Below, piece after piece: positions 48,470 through 55,858 of a DNA stretch of 55,858 bases. A program made the translations under genes and the position numbers. The notes under the pieces are model-generated. The model had not been told where the DNA came from and ran no database searches. It worked only from the letters and a program-made list of their open reading frames with translations. How positions within the stretch are numbered: the first letter of the stretch is position 1; each line of letters opens with the position of its first letter. Source of the stretch: an uncultured Gammaproteobacteria bacterium (GTDB lineage: Bacteria > Patescibacteriota > Microgenomatia > UBA8517); the NCBI GenBank assembly GCA_964506225.1, contig CAZDKH010000009.1, positions 1-55,858 of the forward strand. Direction: 5' to 3'.

Positions 48470-48491
48470 TATAATTAAATCCTATAAAATT

Positions 48492-48938
48492 ATGCCAACC
48501 ATATCACAATTAGTTAGGAAGGGCAGAAAAAAGCTCACTAAAAAGACAAGAAGTGCTGCCTTAAAACGTTGGTTTAATGCGAAGGACCGTCGCTTCAAAA
48601 CCATTGCTGCCCCTTTTAAACGAGGGGTTGTGTTAGCTGTGAGAACAATGACTCCCAAGAAACCAAATTCAGCCCTGCGTAAAGTGGCCAGAGTAAGGCT
48701 GTCAAATAAACAAGAAGTGACTGCTTACATTCCCGGAGAGGGCCATGATCTTGCTGAACACGCGATTGTTCTTGTCCGGGCGGGGCGCGTAAGAGACCTT
48801 CCCGGAGTTCGTTATCAAGTTGTTCGGGGTAAATTTGCAACAAGTGGGGTTGTGGGTAGAAAAACTTCACGCTCGCGTTACGGTACAAAGAAGGAGGGAG
48901 TACAAGCTAAAGCAGAAGCTCAGGTAGCACAAGCATAA
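48492..48938 (+). CDS. rpsL: 30S ribosomal protein S12
   Basis: [53 protein letters not shown]. The ATG at 48492 avoids overlap with rpoC. Confidence 0.95.
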   Translation: MPTISQLVRKGRKKLTKKTRSAALKRWFNAKDRRFKTIAAPFKRGVVLAVRTMTPKKPNSALRKVARVRLSNKQEVTAYIPGEGHDLAEHAIVLVRAGRVRDLPGVRYQVVRGKFATSGVVGRKTSRSRYGTKKEGVQAKAEAQVAQA

Positions 48939-48944
48939 AATTTT

Positions 48945-49424
48945 ATGGCACGCAGAGGTCCGGCAAAACAAAGAAAAATTAATCCTGACCCAATTTATCA
49001 AGATCAACTTGTGGCAAAGTTGATTAACCGTTCAATGAGAGAGGGAAAAAAATCTGTGGCCGAAAAGCAGGTATACAAAGCATTTGAGATTATCAAAAAG
49101 AAAACTAAAGAAGACCCTGTTGAAATTTTTTTAAAGGCACTGGGTAATATCAAGCCTTCCATGGAAGTAAGACCAAGAAGAGTGGGGGGAGCTGCGTATC
49201 AAGTGCCAATGCCTGTTAGAGGAGAAAGGAAAAATTCTCTGGCTATACGTTGGTTAATTCTTGCCGCACGTTCACGCCCAAACAGTGAATTTCACACCTA
49301 TGCAGAAAAGTTAGCCGCAGAAATTCTGGATGCTGCAAAAGGCGAGGGGGCGGCGGTAAAAAAGAGAATGGATACAGAACGCATAGCCGAGGCCAACCGT
49401 GCCTTTGCCCACTTTAGGTGGTAA
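48945..49424 (+). CDS. rpsG: 30S ribosomal protein S7
   Basis: DPIYQDQLVAKLINRSMREGKKSVAEK and MEVRPRRVGGAAYQVP. Confidence 0.95.
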   Translation: MARRGPAKQRKINPDPIYQDQLVAKLINRSMREGKKSVAEKQVYKAFEIIKKKTKEDPVEIFLKALGNIKPSMEVRPRRVGGAAYQVPMPVRGERKNSLAIRWLILAARSRPNSEFHTYAEKLAAEILDAAKGEGAAVKKRMDTERIAEANRAFAHFRW

Positions 49425-49453
49425 AATTTACTGCTTATTACTAATCTCATCCG

Positions 49454-49482
49454 TTGATTTTAGTATAACAGCTTGTTACAAT
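49454..49482 (+). promoter_or_regulatory. Putative internal promoter upstream of fusA (TTGATT-17-TACAAT, with TGt extended -10)
   Basis: Read directly in the rpsG-fusA spacer. Confidence 0.35.
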
Positions 49483-49492
49483 TCTTAACTGT

Positions 49493-49514
49493 CCCCGAAT
49501 GGGGCGGTTTTTTT
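49493..49514 (+). terminator. Weak hairpin + T-run (possible attenuator/terminator) between rpsG and fusA
   Basis: CCCC-gaat-GGGG, then cgg, then TTTTTTT. The stem is only 4 bp, so this is weak. Confidence 0.25.
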
Positions 49515-49532
49515 GTTACAATTTAAAAAACA

Positions 49533-51695
49533 ATGCCGGCACAACAGATTAAGAAAAAAAGCGCAATGGTCATGACGGTTACCAAAGACAGGATTGTTCC
49601 TTTGGAGAAAATCCGAAATATTGGGATAATTGCCCATATTGATGCAGGGAAGACTACCACTACTGAGCGCATTCTTTTTGAAACAGGAAGAACCTATAGG
49701 CTAGGGTCAGTTGACGAAGGAACAACAGTCACCGATTGGATGGCACAAGAAAGAGAAAGAGGAATTACCATAGTTTCTGCTGCCATTACAACTTTTTGGG
49801 ATTTGAAAGAGAAAACTTCTGTTGATTCTGGACATTACAGGATAAATATCATTGACACTCCGGGACATATTGATTTTACAGCTGAAGTTGAGAGAAGTCT
49901 TAGGGTTTTGGATGGAGCTGTTATGGTTTTTGATGGCAGAACCGGAGTTGAATCTCAATCCGAAACAGTTTGGAGACAGGCTGATAAATACAATGTTCCA
50001 AGAATTTGCATTTTAAATAAATTAAATTTAATCGGAGCTGATTTTGAAGGATCGATAAAAAGCATTAGGGAGCGTCTGGGTGCAAATGCCGCGCCAGTGC
50101 AGATTCCAATTGGTATTGAGCATTCTTTGCATGGAGTAATTGACTTAACAAAAATGAAGGCTTATACATATCAGGGGATTGAGGATAACAAACTCAAAGA
50201 AGAGGAAATTCCGACTGAGCAAGTTGAAGAGGCAAAAAAATACAGGGAAGAATTGATAGAGAAAGTGGCTGAGTTTGATGATGCGACCTTGACAAAATAT
50301 CTTGAAGGCCAAGAACTTTCAGAGATTGATATAAAAAGAGCCATAAGAAACGGTGTCATAGCTGGTAAATTTTTTCCAATTTTAGGAGGAGACAACAGAA
50401 CTGCAACAGTGCAACTTTTGTTAGACGCCATTGTTGAGTACTTGCCTTGTCCTTTGGATATTTCTGAAATTAGCGGAGTTAACCCAAAAACTGGCGAAAA
50501 AGAAAAGCGGGAGTTTAAAAATGAAGAGCCATTTAGCGCTTTAGCCTTTAAAGTAGTAACAGACCCTCACGTTGGCAGACTTGTTTACATTCGAGTTTAT
50601 TCAGGAAAAATTACAGCTGGACAAGTTGTATACAACGCATCCAAGAGGCTTTCTGAGAGAGTGGGTAAGCTGGTTCTTTTGCACGCGGACCAAAGAGAAC
50701 TTATCAACGAGGCTTACACAGGTGAAATAGTGGCTCTTGTTGGGGTTAAAGATACTACAACCGGTAATACGCTTTGTGACCCGGGCCATCCGATACTTCT
50801 TGAATCAATTGAATTTCCAGACCCGGTGATTAGCCTTGCAATAGAACCAGCGACAAAAGCTGATCAGGAAAAAATGGGCCTTGCTTTAAATAAACTTTCT
50901 GATGAAGACCCAACTTTTAAAATCAAATCAAATCTCGAGACTGGTCAGACTATCATTTCAGGAATGGGTGAGCTACAGCTTGAGATTTTGGTTGATCGAA
51001 TGAAAAGAGAATTCAATGTTGACGCCAAAACAGGAGCTCCGCAGGTTGCCTATAAAGAAACTATTAGAGGTACAGCCAAGGCAGAAGGAAAGTATATTCG
51101 CCAGAGCGGTGGTCGTGGTCAGTATGGTCATTGTTTTCTTCGAGTTGAACCCAAGGGAAGAGGAGAGGGTTTTGAGTTCAAAAACGAGATTAAAGGTGGA
51201 GCGATTCCATCTGAATTTATTCCGGCAATAGAGAAGGGAGTTATAGAAAAACTTGAAAATGGAATCTTGGCAGGATATCCTGTTGTAGATATAAAAGTTG
51301 CTGTTTATGATGGAAGTTTCCATGAGGTAGACTCCTCTGAAATCGCTTTTAAAATTGCCGGTTCAATTGCTGTTGAGGAAGCAGTACGTCAGGCTGGACT
51401 TATACTTTTGGAGCCCATTATGAAGCTTGAGGTCTCTACCCCCGAGGAGTATATGGGTGATATTATTGGAGATTTATCTAGTCGGAGATGTCAGATAAGG
51501 GGAACTGAGATGAGAGGCAATGTTACCATAATTTATGCTTTTGGTCCTCTAGCTGAGCTTCGCGGCTATGCCACAAATCTTCGTTCAATTTCCAAAGGCC
51601 GAGCCAGTTTTTACATGGAACCAAGTCATTATGAAGAAGTCCCGGCCAATATTGCCCAAAACATTATTTCCAAGGGCGGCAAATCTACAAATTAG
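49533..51695 (+). CDS. fusA: Elongation factor G
   Basis: [36 protein letters not shown]. Start uncertain; ATG at 49566 or 49572 would give the usual N-terminal length. Confidence 0.95.
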   Translation: MPAQQIKKKSAMVMTVTKDRIVPLEKIRNIGIIAHIDAGKTTTTERILFETGRTYRLGSVDEGTTVTDWMAQERERGITIVSAAITTFWDLKEKTSVDSGHYRINIIDTPGHIDFTAEVERSLRVLDGAVMVFDGRTGVESQSETVWRQADKYNVPRICILNKLNLIGADFEGSIKSIRERLGANAAPVQIPIGIEHSLHGVIDLTKMKAYTYQGIEDNKLKEEEIPTEQVEEAKKYREELIEKVAEFDDATLTKYLEGQELSEIDIKRAIRNGVIAGKFFPILGGDNRTATVQLLLDAIVEYLPCPLDISEISGVNPKTGEKEKREFKNEEPFSALAFKVVTDPHVGRLVYIRVYSGKITAGQVVYNASKRLSERVGKLVLLHADQRELINEAYTGEIVALVGVKDTTTGNTLCDPGHPILLESIEFPDPVISLAIEPATKADQEKMGLALNKLSDEDPTFKIKSNLETGQTIISGMGELQLEILVDRMKREFNVDAKTGAPQVAYKETIRGTAKAEGKYIRQSGGRGQYGHCFLRVEPKGRGEGFEFKNEIKGGAIPSEFIPAIEKGVIEKLENGILAGYPVVDIKVAVYDGSFHEVDSSEIAFKIAGSIAVEEAVRQAGLILLEPIMKLEVSTPEEYMGDIIGDLSSRRCQIRGTEMRGNVTIIYAFGPLAELRGYATNLRSISKGRASFYMEPSHYEEVPANIAQNIISKGGKSTN

Positions 51696-51712
51696 ACTTC
51701 AAAGTATGGATT

Positions 51713-51976
51713 TTAAAACTCATATATCCCAACCGTGTGGAATCTGGCAGTATCTATCTTTGTAAATTCAAGAACAATTTTATATCCATGACCGATTGAA
51801 AATGCCCACAATTTTCTGTACTTTTCGGATATCTTGACTGTTTTTAGTCTTAAATCAAAAGGATAATTTCTGAAAATTTCTTCTTTTTTCTCAGCCAAAA
51901 GCTTTATTTTTAAAGGTAGTTTTCTATACTCCTTGGCAAATTTTGGGGAATAATAAATTTTCATCGATTTAATCAT
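51713..51976 (-). CDS. RelE/ParE-superfamily type II toxin
   Basis: About 85 aa. YSPKFAKEYRKLP...IFRNYPF...LKTVKI..KYRKLWAFSIGHGYKIV.EF pattern. 8-nt overlap with the upstream small ORF. Confidence 0.65.
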   Translation of the reverse strand: MIKSMKIYYSPKFAKEYRKLPLKIKLLAEKKEEIFRNYPFDLRLKTVKISEKYRKLWAFSIGHGYKIVLEFTKIDTARFHTVGIYEF

Positions 51977-52193
51977 TCAGTTCCTTGAGGGAATTAAGTA
52001 ATATTCCCTTACCACTTGAAAACTCTTGCCTACTTTCTTTTACTTCTTCTTTGACTTTGTTTTCTAGAAAGTAGCGAAAGATGTAGGTAAAAAACTCACT
52101 TTCTGTTGCAAAATTTCCATTTTTAAGGTTTTTTTCAACAATTTTAGCCAGAGTTTTTGAAAGGGAAATTTTAAAATTAACTACCTTCTTCAT
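51969..52193 (-). CDS. Cognate antitoxin candidate (small, ribbon-helix-helix-like N-terminus)
   Basis: ATG at 52193 (MKKVVNFKISLSKTLAKIVE...) lies just downstream of a TTGACT-16-TAATAA promoter. It overlaps the toxin start. Confidence 0.5.
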   Translation of the reverse strand: MKKVVNFKISLSKTLAKIVEKNLKNGNFATESEFFTYIFRYFLENKVKEEVKESRQEFSSGKGILLNSLKELND

Positions 52194-52204
52194 TGCTACC
52201 AAAG

Positions 52205-52232
52205 TTATTACAAAATACAAAAATTAAGTCAA
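52205..52232 (-). promoter_or_regulatory. Putative promoter of the RelE/ParE-type TA pair (TTGACT-16-TAATAA)
   Basis: On the minus strand, TTGACT at 52232-52227 and TAATAA at 52210-52205. The ATG at 52193 lies 11 nt downstream. Confidence 0.4.
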
Positions 52233-52574
52233 TAGTAAATTCTTCAGATTAAAGGCGCCTTTTGCCTTATTATCTCTAGGCGGCTTGAAACTGACAGCAG
52301 ATTACTTGTATTATAGGCAATAAATAAAATATGGAAAGAGATAGTAGGTTGGCGGGAAAAGCTAATATTCCTAGTCCAATAGATATTGAATTAGCTGTAG
52401 ACGCTGATTTAAATAGCGTGTGGGAGAGTAATCCCGATTAGCGCCATAGATCGCGCGGCAAAGACTTACTATTGGGCAAGTTTTAATTGGTGGGACGAGT
52501 AGAGAGCAAGATCCAGATGATGAGCCAATTCCACCTTCTAAGAATTAAAGGATGCTGGCTACTGTAATTGCCCC

Positions 52575-52604
52575 TTGACAGGGGAAAATAGGCTCAAATA
52601 TAAT
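52575..52604 (+). promoter_or_regulatory. Near-consensus tuf promoter (TTGACA-18-TATAAT)
   Basis: Read directly. The CTTGACAGG context is shared with the rpoBC promoter. Confidence 0.55.
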
Positions 52605-52613
52605 ACCCTTACT

Positions 52614-52634
52614 ATCGGGCTAAACTAGCCCGAT
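52614..52634 (+). other. 9-bp stem hairpin in the tuf 5' leader
   Basis: ATCGGGCTA-aac-TAGCCCGAT followed by TTGATTTG. Confidence 0.45.
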
Positions 52635-52670
52635 TTGATTTGTAAGAAAGATTTAGTATAAAATAAAAAA

Positions 52671-53870
52671 ATGGCAGGTGAAGCTAAACAAAAATTTGAA
52701 AGGACCAAGCCGCACGTCAACGTTGGTACGATTGGACATGTGGATCACGGTAAAACAACCCTAACCGCGGCAATCACCCATGTTCTTTCAAAACAGCCGG
52801 GAAATAAAACCCGAGCTTACCGCTTTGACGAAATTGACAATGCTCCAGAAGAGAAAGAAAGAGGAGTAACTATTAACATTACCCATGTTGAGTACGAGAC
52901 GGATAAGCGCCACTATGCTCACATTGACGCCCCAGGACACATTGATTACATCAAAAATATGATAACAGGCGCTGCTCAAATGGATGGAGCAATTCTGGTA
53001 GTTAGCGCGCCTGATGGAAAAATGCCTCAAACTACAGAGCACGTGATTCTGGCACGTCAGGTTAATGTTCCAGCGATTGTTGTTTTTCTTAATAAAATTG
53101 ATGTAGTTGACGACCCTGAACTTGTTGATCTGGTTGAAGAGGAGATTCGAGAACTTTTGACAAAATACGGGTTTCCCGGCGATAAAGTTCCTGTTATCCG
53201 AGGCAGTGCACTTAAGGCTATGGAGGGAGATGCTGAGGCCGAAAAGCAAATACTTGAGCTTATGAAGGCTGTTGATGAGTATATTCCCGAGCCGGTCCGT
53301 GAAGTAGATAAACCTTTCTTAATGCCCATTGAAGATGTTTTCTCCATAAAAGGCCGTGGGACTGTTGTTACAGGAAGAGTTGAGAGAGGTAAACTTAAAA
53401 TCAATGAGGAGGTTGAAGTTGTTGGTCTTAGGGAGACAAAAAAGACTGTGGTTACAGGGCTTGAGATGTTTAGAAAAACACTTGATGAGACCCAGGCGGG
53501 AGATAATGTTGGACTACTTCTTCGGGGAGTTGAAAAAGATGAAGTTGAAAGAGGTCAGGTTGTGGCAAAACCGGGTACGATAACTCCTCATACGGAGTTT
53601 GAGGCGGAAGTATACATTCACTCAAAAGAAGAGGGAGGAAGACATACCCCCTTCTTCACAGGGTATAAACCCCAATTCTTTATTCAAACGGCTGATGTGA
53701 CAGGAGAAGTGGTTTTGCCTTCGGGAATTGAAATGGTTATGCCCGGAGACAATGCAAAGATGACCATTAAGCTTATCCAACCAGTTGCTATTGAAGAGGG
53801 GATGAAATTTGCAGTAAGAGAGTCAAGACTTACAGTTGGTGCTGGAGTAGTCACCAAGATATTAAAATAA
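52671..53870 (+). CDS. tuf: Elongation factor Tu
   Basis: [36 protein letters not shown]. Confidence 0.97.
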   Translation: MAGEAKQKFERTKPHVNVGTIGHVDHGKTTLTAAITHVLSKQPGNKTRAYRFDEIDNAPEEKERGVTINITHVEYETDKRHYAHIDAPGHIDYIKNMITGAAQMDGAILVVSAPDGKMPQTTEHVILARQVNVPAIVVFLNKIDVVDDPELVDLVEEEIRELLTKYGFPGDKVPVIRGSALKAMEGDAEAEKQILELMKAVDEYIPEPVREVDKPFLMPIEDVFSIKGRGTVVTGRVERGKLKINEEVEVVGLRETKKTVVTGLEMFRKTLDETQAGDNVGLLLRGVEKDEVERGQVVAKPGTITPHTEFEAEVYIHSKEEGGRHTPFFTGYKPQFFIQTADVTGEVVLPSGIEMVMPGDNAKMTIKLIQPVAIEEGMKFAVRESRLTVGAGVVTKILK

Positions 53871-53890
53871 AACTTGCACCTTAAAGAAAA

Positions 53891-54199
53891 ATGCCGGCAG
53901 GAAGACTTCGAGTCAAGCTCAAAAGCTATGACCACCGCGTTATAGACGAGGCGGCAGCAAAGATATTGGATACAGCTTTGGCAACCGGCGCGAAAGTGGT
54001 TGGCCCCATACCTCTCCCCACAAAAAGAACAGTTATTCCCACACTTAAATCCCCTTTTATAGACAAGGATGCTCAAGAGCATTTTGAGATTTTAGTGCAC
54101 AAAAGATTAATTGATATTTTGGACCCATCTGATAGGACAATTGATAGTCTTTCAAATCTTGATCTTCCTGCAGGAGTTTCAATTGAAATAAAGATGTAA
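53891..54199 (+). CDS. rpsJ: 30S ribosomal protein S10
   Basis: LRVKLKSYDHRVIDEAAAKI...GPIPLPT...SPFIDKDAQEHFEI..HKRLIDI. Confidence 0.95.
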   Translation: MPAGRLRVKLKSYDHRVIDEAAAKILDTALATGAKVVGPIPLPTKRTVIPTLKSPFIDKDAQEHFEILVHKRLIDILDPSDRTIDSLSNLDLPAGVSIEIKM

Positions 54200-54474
54200 A
54201 CTGTAATAACAGTTTTATATTGCTAAATTGCCAAAATACGGATAAATTGTTTAGTCTTTAAGCTTGCTTCTTGCAAATTCAACAAGATGGTTTATTTGAT
54301 TAAAGTTTAAGTTTCAAAACTTCCAATCCTTTTTCTTTATAAGTTTTTTTGATTTGGCTTTTTTGAGATGTTTCCATATTCTGATTTTTTTCCATATAAT
54401 ATACCTAGTAAGAAGTGCTTTTTATGAGTAGAGTTATTATTAATTTTAGATATTTCCGCCTTTAGATTATCACA

Positions 54475-55032
54475 ATGACTAAATTTGTCTCACGGGCCGG
54501 GGAAAAACTCGAATTTGCCTTAAGGCATTTTGGAATTTCAGTTCAGGATAAAATTGTAGCTGATTTTGGCAGTGCGACAGGGGGATTTGTGGATTGTCTA
54601 CTTCAAAATGGTGCAAGGCGCGTTTACGCGGTTGAAGTTGCCCACGGTCAGCTTGACTGGAAACTTCGACATGATAATCGAGTTATTGTTTTGGAAAGGA
54701 CAAACGCGATGCACGTTGAGATTGCCGAGAAAATGGATCTTATTACTATTGATGTTGGCTGGACAAAACTTTTTTATGTTTTGCCCCGTGCCTTTGCTAA
54801 TTTAGCCCACAATGGCAAGATAATAGCTCTTATTAAGCCCCACTATGAGGCTCCACGAGGGTATATTCGCAAAGGGAAACTTATGGAGGAGAAACTTGAG
54901 GAGGTTTTGGAAAAAATAAAAGAAGACATAAAAGCAGTTGGTGGCAGAGTTTTGGGCATAGTTGAGTCGCCTCTTGTGGGTACGAGAGCCAAAAACAAAG
55001 AATTTCTAGCTCTTATAGTATCAAGCAATTAA
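54475..55032 (+). CDS. TlyA-like FtsJ-fold rRNA 2'-O-methyltransferase lacking the N-terminal S4 domain
   Basis: FVSRAGEKLEFALRHFGISVQDKIVADFGSATGGFVDCLLQNGARRVYAVEVAHGQLDWKLRHDNRVIVLERTNA closely follows the TlyA methyltransferase core. Confidence 0.75.
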   Translation: MTKFVSRAGEKLEFALRHFGISVQDKIVADFGSATGGFVDCLLQNGARRVYAVEVAHGQLDWKLRHDNRVIVLERTNAMHVEIAEKMDLITIDVGWTKLFYVLPRAFANLAHNGKIIALIKPHYEAPRGYIRKGKLMEEKLEEVLEKIKEDIKAVGGRVLGIVESPLVGTRAKNKEFLALIVSSN

Positions 55033-55237
55033 ACTTTTAATATTTTCTCCTAGTTTTCTTGCTTCCTCTATCAAATCATCTGGTCGCAGCACTTTTTTAC
55101 CAAGGTGGGTAGCTATTACATCAGCGGGTATTTCTGAGACAATGACAAAAGGAGCGTCTTTGTTACGATTTTCAAAATCCTTGCTCCTAGAGAACTTCGA
55201 AATTCTTGAGGGTTAATTGCGGTTAGCCTTTGATATT

Positions 55238-55522
55238 CTACTTGAGGATTAAAAAGCGCTTTCTCTGATGGATGAGGAAGCCTAAAGACTCCTCAGTTCT
55301 AAAAGACTGATGCGTTGTAATAATTCCTTCTTTTGTGATAATAAGACCGACCCTTAGTCTTCGAAAAGGAGAAAGTCTACCTAGTGGATGATATTCAATG
55401 CCATGCCAACCTGCCCTTCTTGCTATACGGATATATGCTTCGGTTGGCATAAGTAAAAGCCATGCCGTTGAGGGAGCTATATCTGCCAAGTTTGATCTGG
55501 CTATCTTTATTTCCTTTTCCAT
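55238..55522 (-). CDS. Hypothetical protein; possibly the 5' fragment of a frameshifted gene that continues to about 55021
   Basis: 94-aa ORF with an ATG. Two further stop-free stretches in other minus-strand frames continue down to a TGA at 55021-55023. Confidence 0.3.
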   Translation of the reverse strand: MEKEIKIARSNLADIAPSTAWLLLMPTEAYIRIARRAGWHGIEYHPLGRLSPFRRLRVGLIITKEGIITTHQSFRTEESLGFLIHQRKRFLILK

Positions 55523-55641
55523 TAGATATAAGCCTTTTCACGATAGTATATAATTACAAATGCCTTTTGACAAATCCTTTTTAATAATTTAATAATATAG
55601 AGATTAAAATTAATCTTTGAGATGAAGGGGGGTGAGAATGC

Positions 55642-55858
55642 ATGATGACTTTACTTTCAACAGTATTTGCACAACAACATAATGTTCTTAATCTTGCCCC
55701 AGGAGGAAATTTCACAACTTTACAGAGTGTCTCCATTCCAAGCATAATCTCAACACTTATTACCTTGGTTTTGATTGTTGCAGCAATCATCTTTTTCTTC
55801 ATGTTGATAGTTGGAGGAATAAGATGGATGCTCTCAGGTGGAGACAAAGCAGGAGCAG
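55642..55858 (+). CDS. Small secreted/membrane protein resembling TrbC/VirB2-type (T4SS-pilin-like) proteins; 3' end cut by the window edge
   Basis: Not in the ORF track because no stop is reached. ATGATG at 55642 is preceded by AAGGGGGGTGA (SD-like). Signal-like MMTLLSTVFAQQ. TM helix IISTLITLVLIVAAIIFFFMLIVGGIRWMLSGGDKAGA, typical of this small-pilin family. Confidence 0.5.
   Translation, partial: MMTLLSTVFAQQHNVLNLAPGGNFTTLQSVSIPSIISTLITLVLIVAAIIFFFMLIVGGIRWMLSGGDKAGA

Noticed and set aside
48435-48491. A long form of rpsL starting at 48435 and overlapping the end of rpoC.
   Set aside because: The extension ([19 protein letters not shown]) is not S12-like. The canonical [15 protein letters not shown]-terminus starts at the ATG at 48492, just after the rpoBC stop.
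54200-54474. A short minus-strand ORF (MEKNQNMETSQKSQIKKTYKEKGLEVLKLKL) in the rpsJ-tlyA spacer.
   Set aside because: It is only 31 codons of low-complexity lysine-rich sequence with no start context. It is more likely non-coding promoter or spacer DNA.
55581-55847. An 88-aa minus-strand ORF at the window end.
   Set aside because: It is the antisense shadow of a plus-strand ORF that has an SD-like site, a signal-like N-terminus and a family-typical TM motif. The minus-strand product has odd composition and no upstream signal.
1-55858. Alternative genetic code (UGA as a sense codon, as in some candidate phyla).
   Set aside because: Several conserved genes end at TGA at the expected protein length (murJ at 17809-17811, the Lon-like ORF at 29762-29764). 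Conserved proteins translate full length with the standard code.
1-55858. tRNA, rRNA, tmRNA, SRP RNA, RNase P RNA, CRISPR arrays, transposases or integrases.
   Set aside because: Visual inspection of all spacers longer than about 60 bp showed no T-loop-type GGTTCGAAT motifs with matching acceptor stems, no conserved ncRNA signatures, no regular direct repeats and no recombinase-like ORFs. A covariance-model scan would be needed to be certain.

Overview
This is an almost gap-free, AT-rich bacterial window using the standard genetic code (TGA is used as a stop, e.g. at the ends of murJ and the Lon-like gene). Gene content, the many shortened housekeeping proteins and the Gram-positive-type envelope genes (FemAB, LCP, sortase, MurJ, MltG, no outer-membrane genes) suggest a streamlined lineage such as CPR/Patescibacteria. 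That placement is inference only. I call about 50 CDS. By eye I found no rRNA, tRNA, CRISPR array, transposase, integrase or phage block.

Layout, minus-strand block (1.3-16.0 kb):
- pcrA plus two FemAB paralogs.
- An LCP gene (plus strand).
- Two GT-C-like polytopic membrane proteins plus an FAD oxidoreductase.
- A tightly coupled six-gene operon next to rpsT. It encodes PilN/PilO-like proteins and four Thr-Pro-linker surface proteins, two of which carry C-terminal [LI]PxAG sorting signals.

Layout, plus-strand block (16.1-55 kb):
- murJ.
- CIRCE-hrcA-grpE-dnaK, then an antisense vapBC, then CIRCE-dnaJ.
- nusA-infB-(degenerate DHH protein)-rpsO-pnp.
- A Lon AAA+ module without a protease domain, then udg, rnj, ftsK and a rodZ-like gene.
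- alaS-(723-aa membrane protein)-sortase-ruvX-(Zn ribbon)-mltG.
- One continuous 2325-codon rpoB-rpoC fusion ORF.
- rpsL-rpsG-fusA, then an antisense RelE/ParE-type TA pair, then tuf-rpsJ and a tlyA-like methyltransferase.

Most of the window is ordinary housekeeping. I see no clear-cut novel defence or mobile system.

The observations most worth follow-up are:
- the beta/beta-prime fusion;
- the PilN/O plus sortase-signal surface-protein operon and the distant sortase module inserted into the alaS-ruvX-mltG neighbourhood;
- TA modules inserted antisense into the two most conserved operons, with CIRCE present on both sides of one split;
- an orphan Lon ATPase;
- a catalytically degenerate DHH protein;
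- two long perfect palindromes, one inside a CDS and sharing a 16-nt core with a second locus.

All homology statements come from recalled motifs, not searches.
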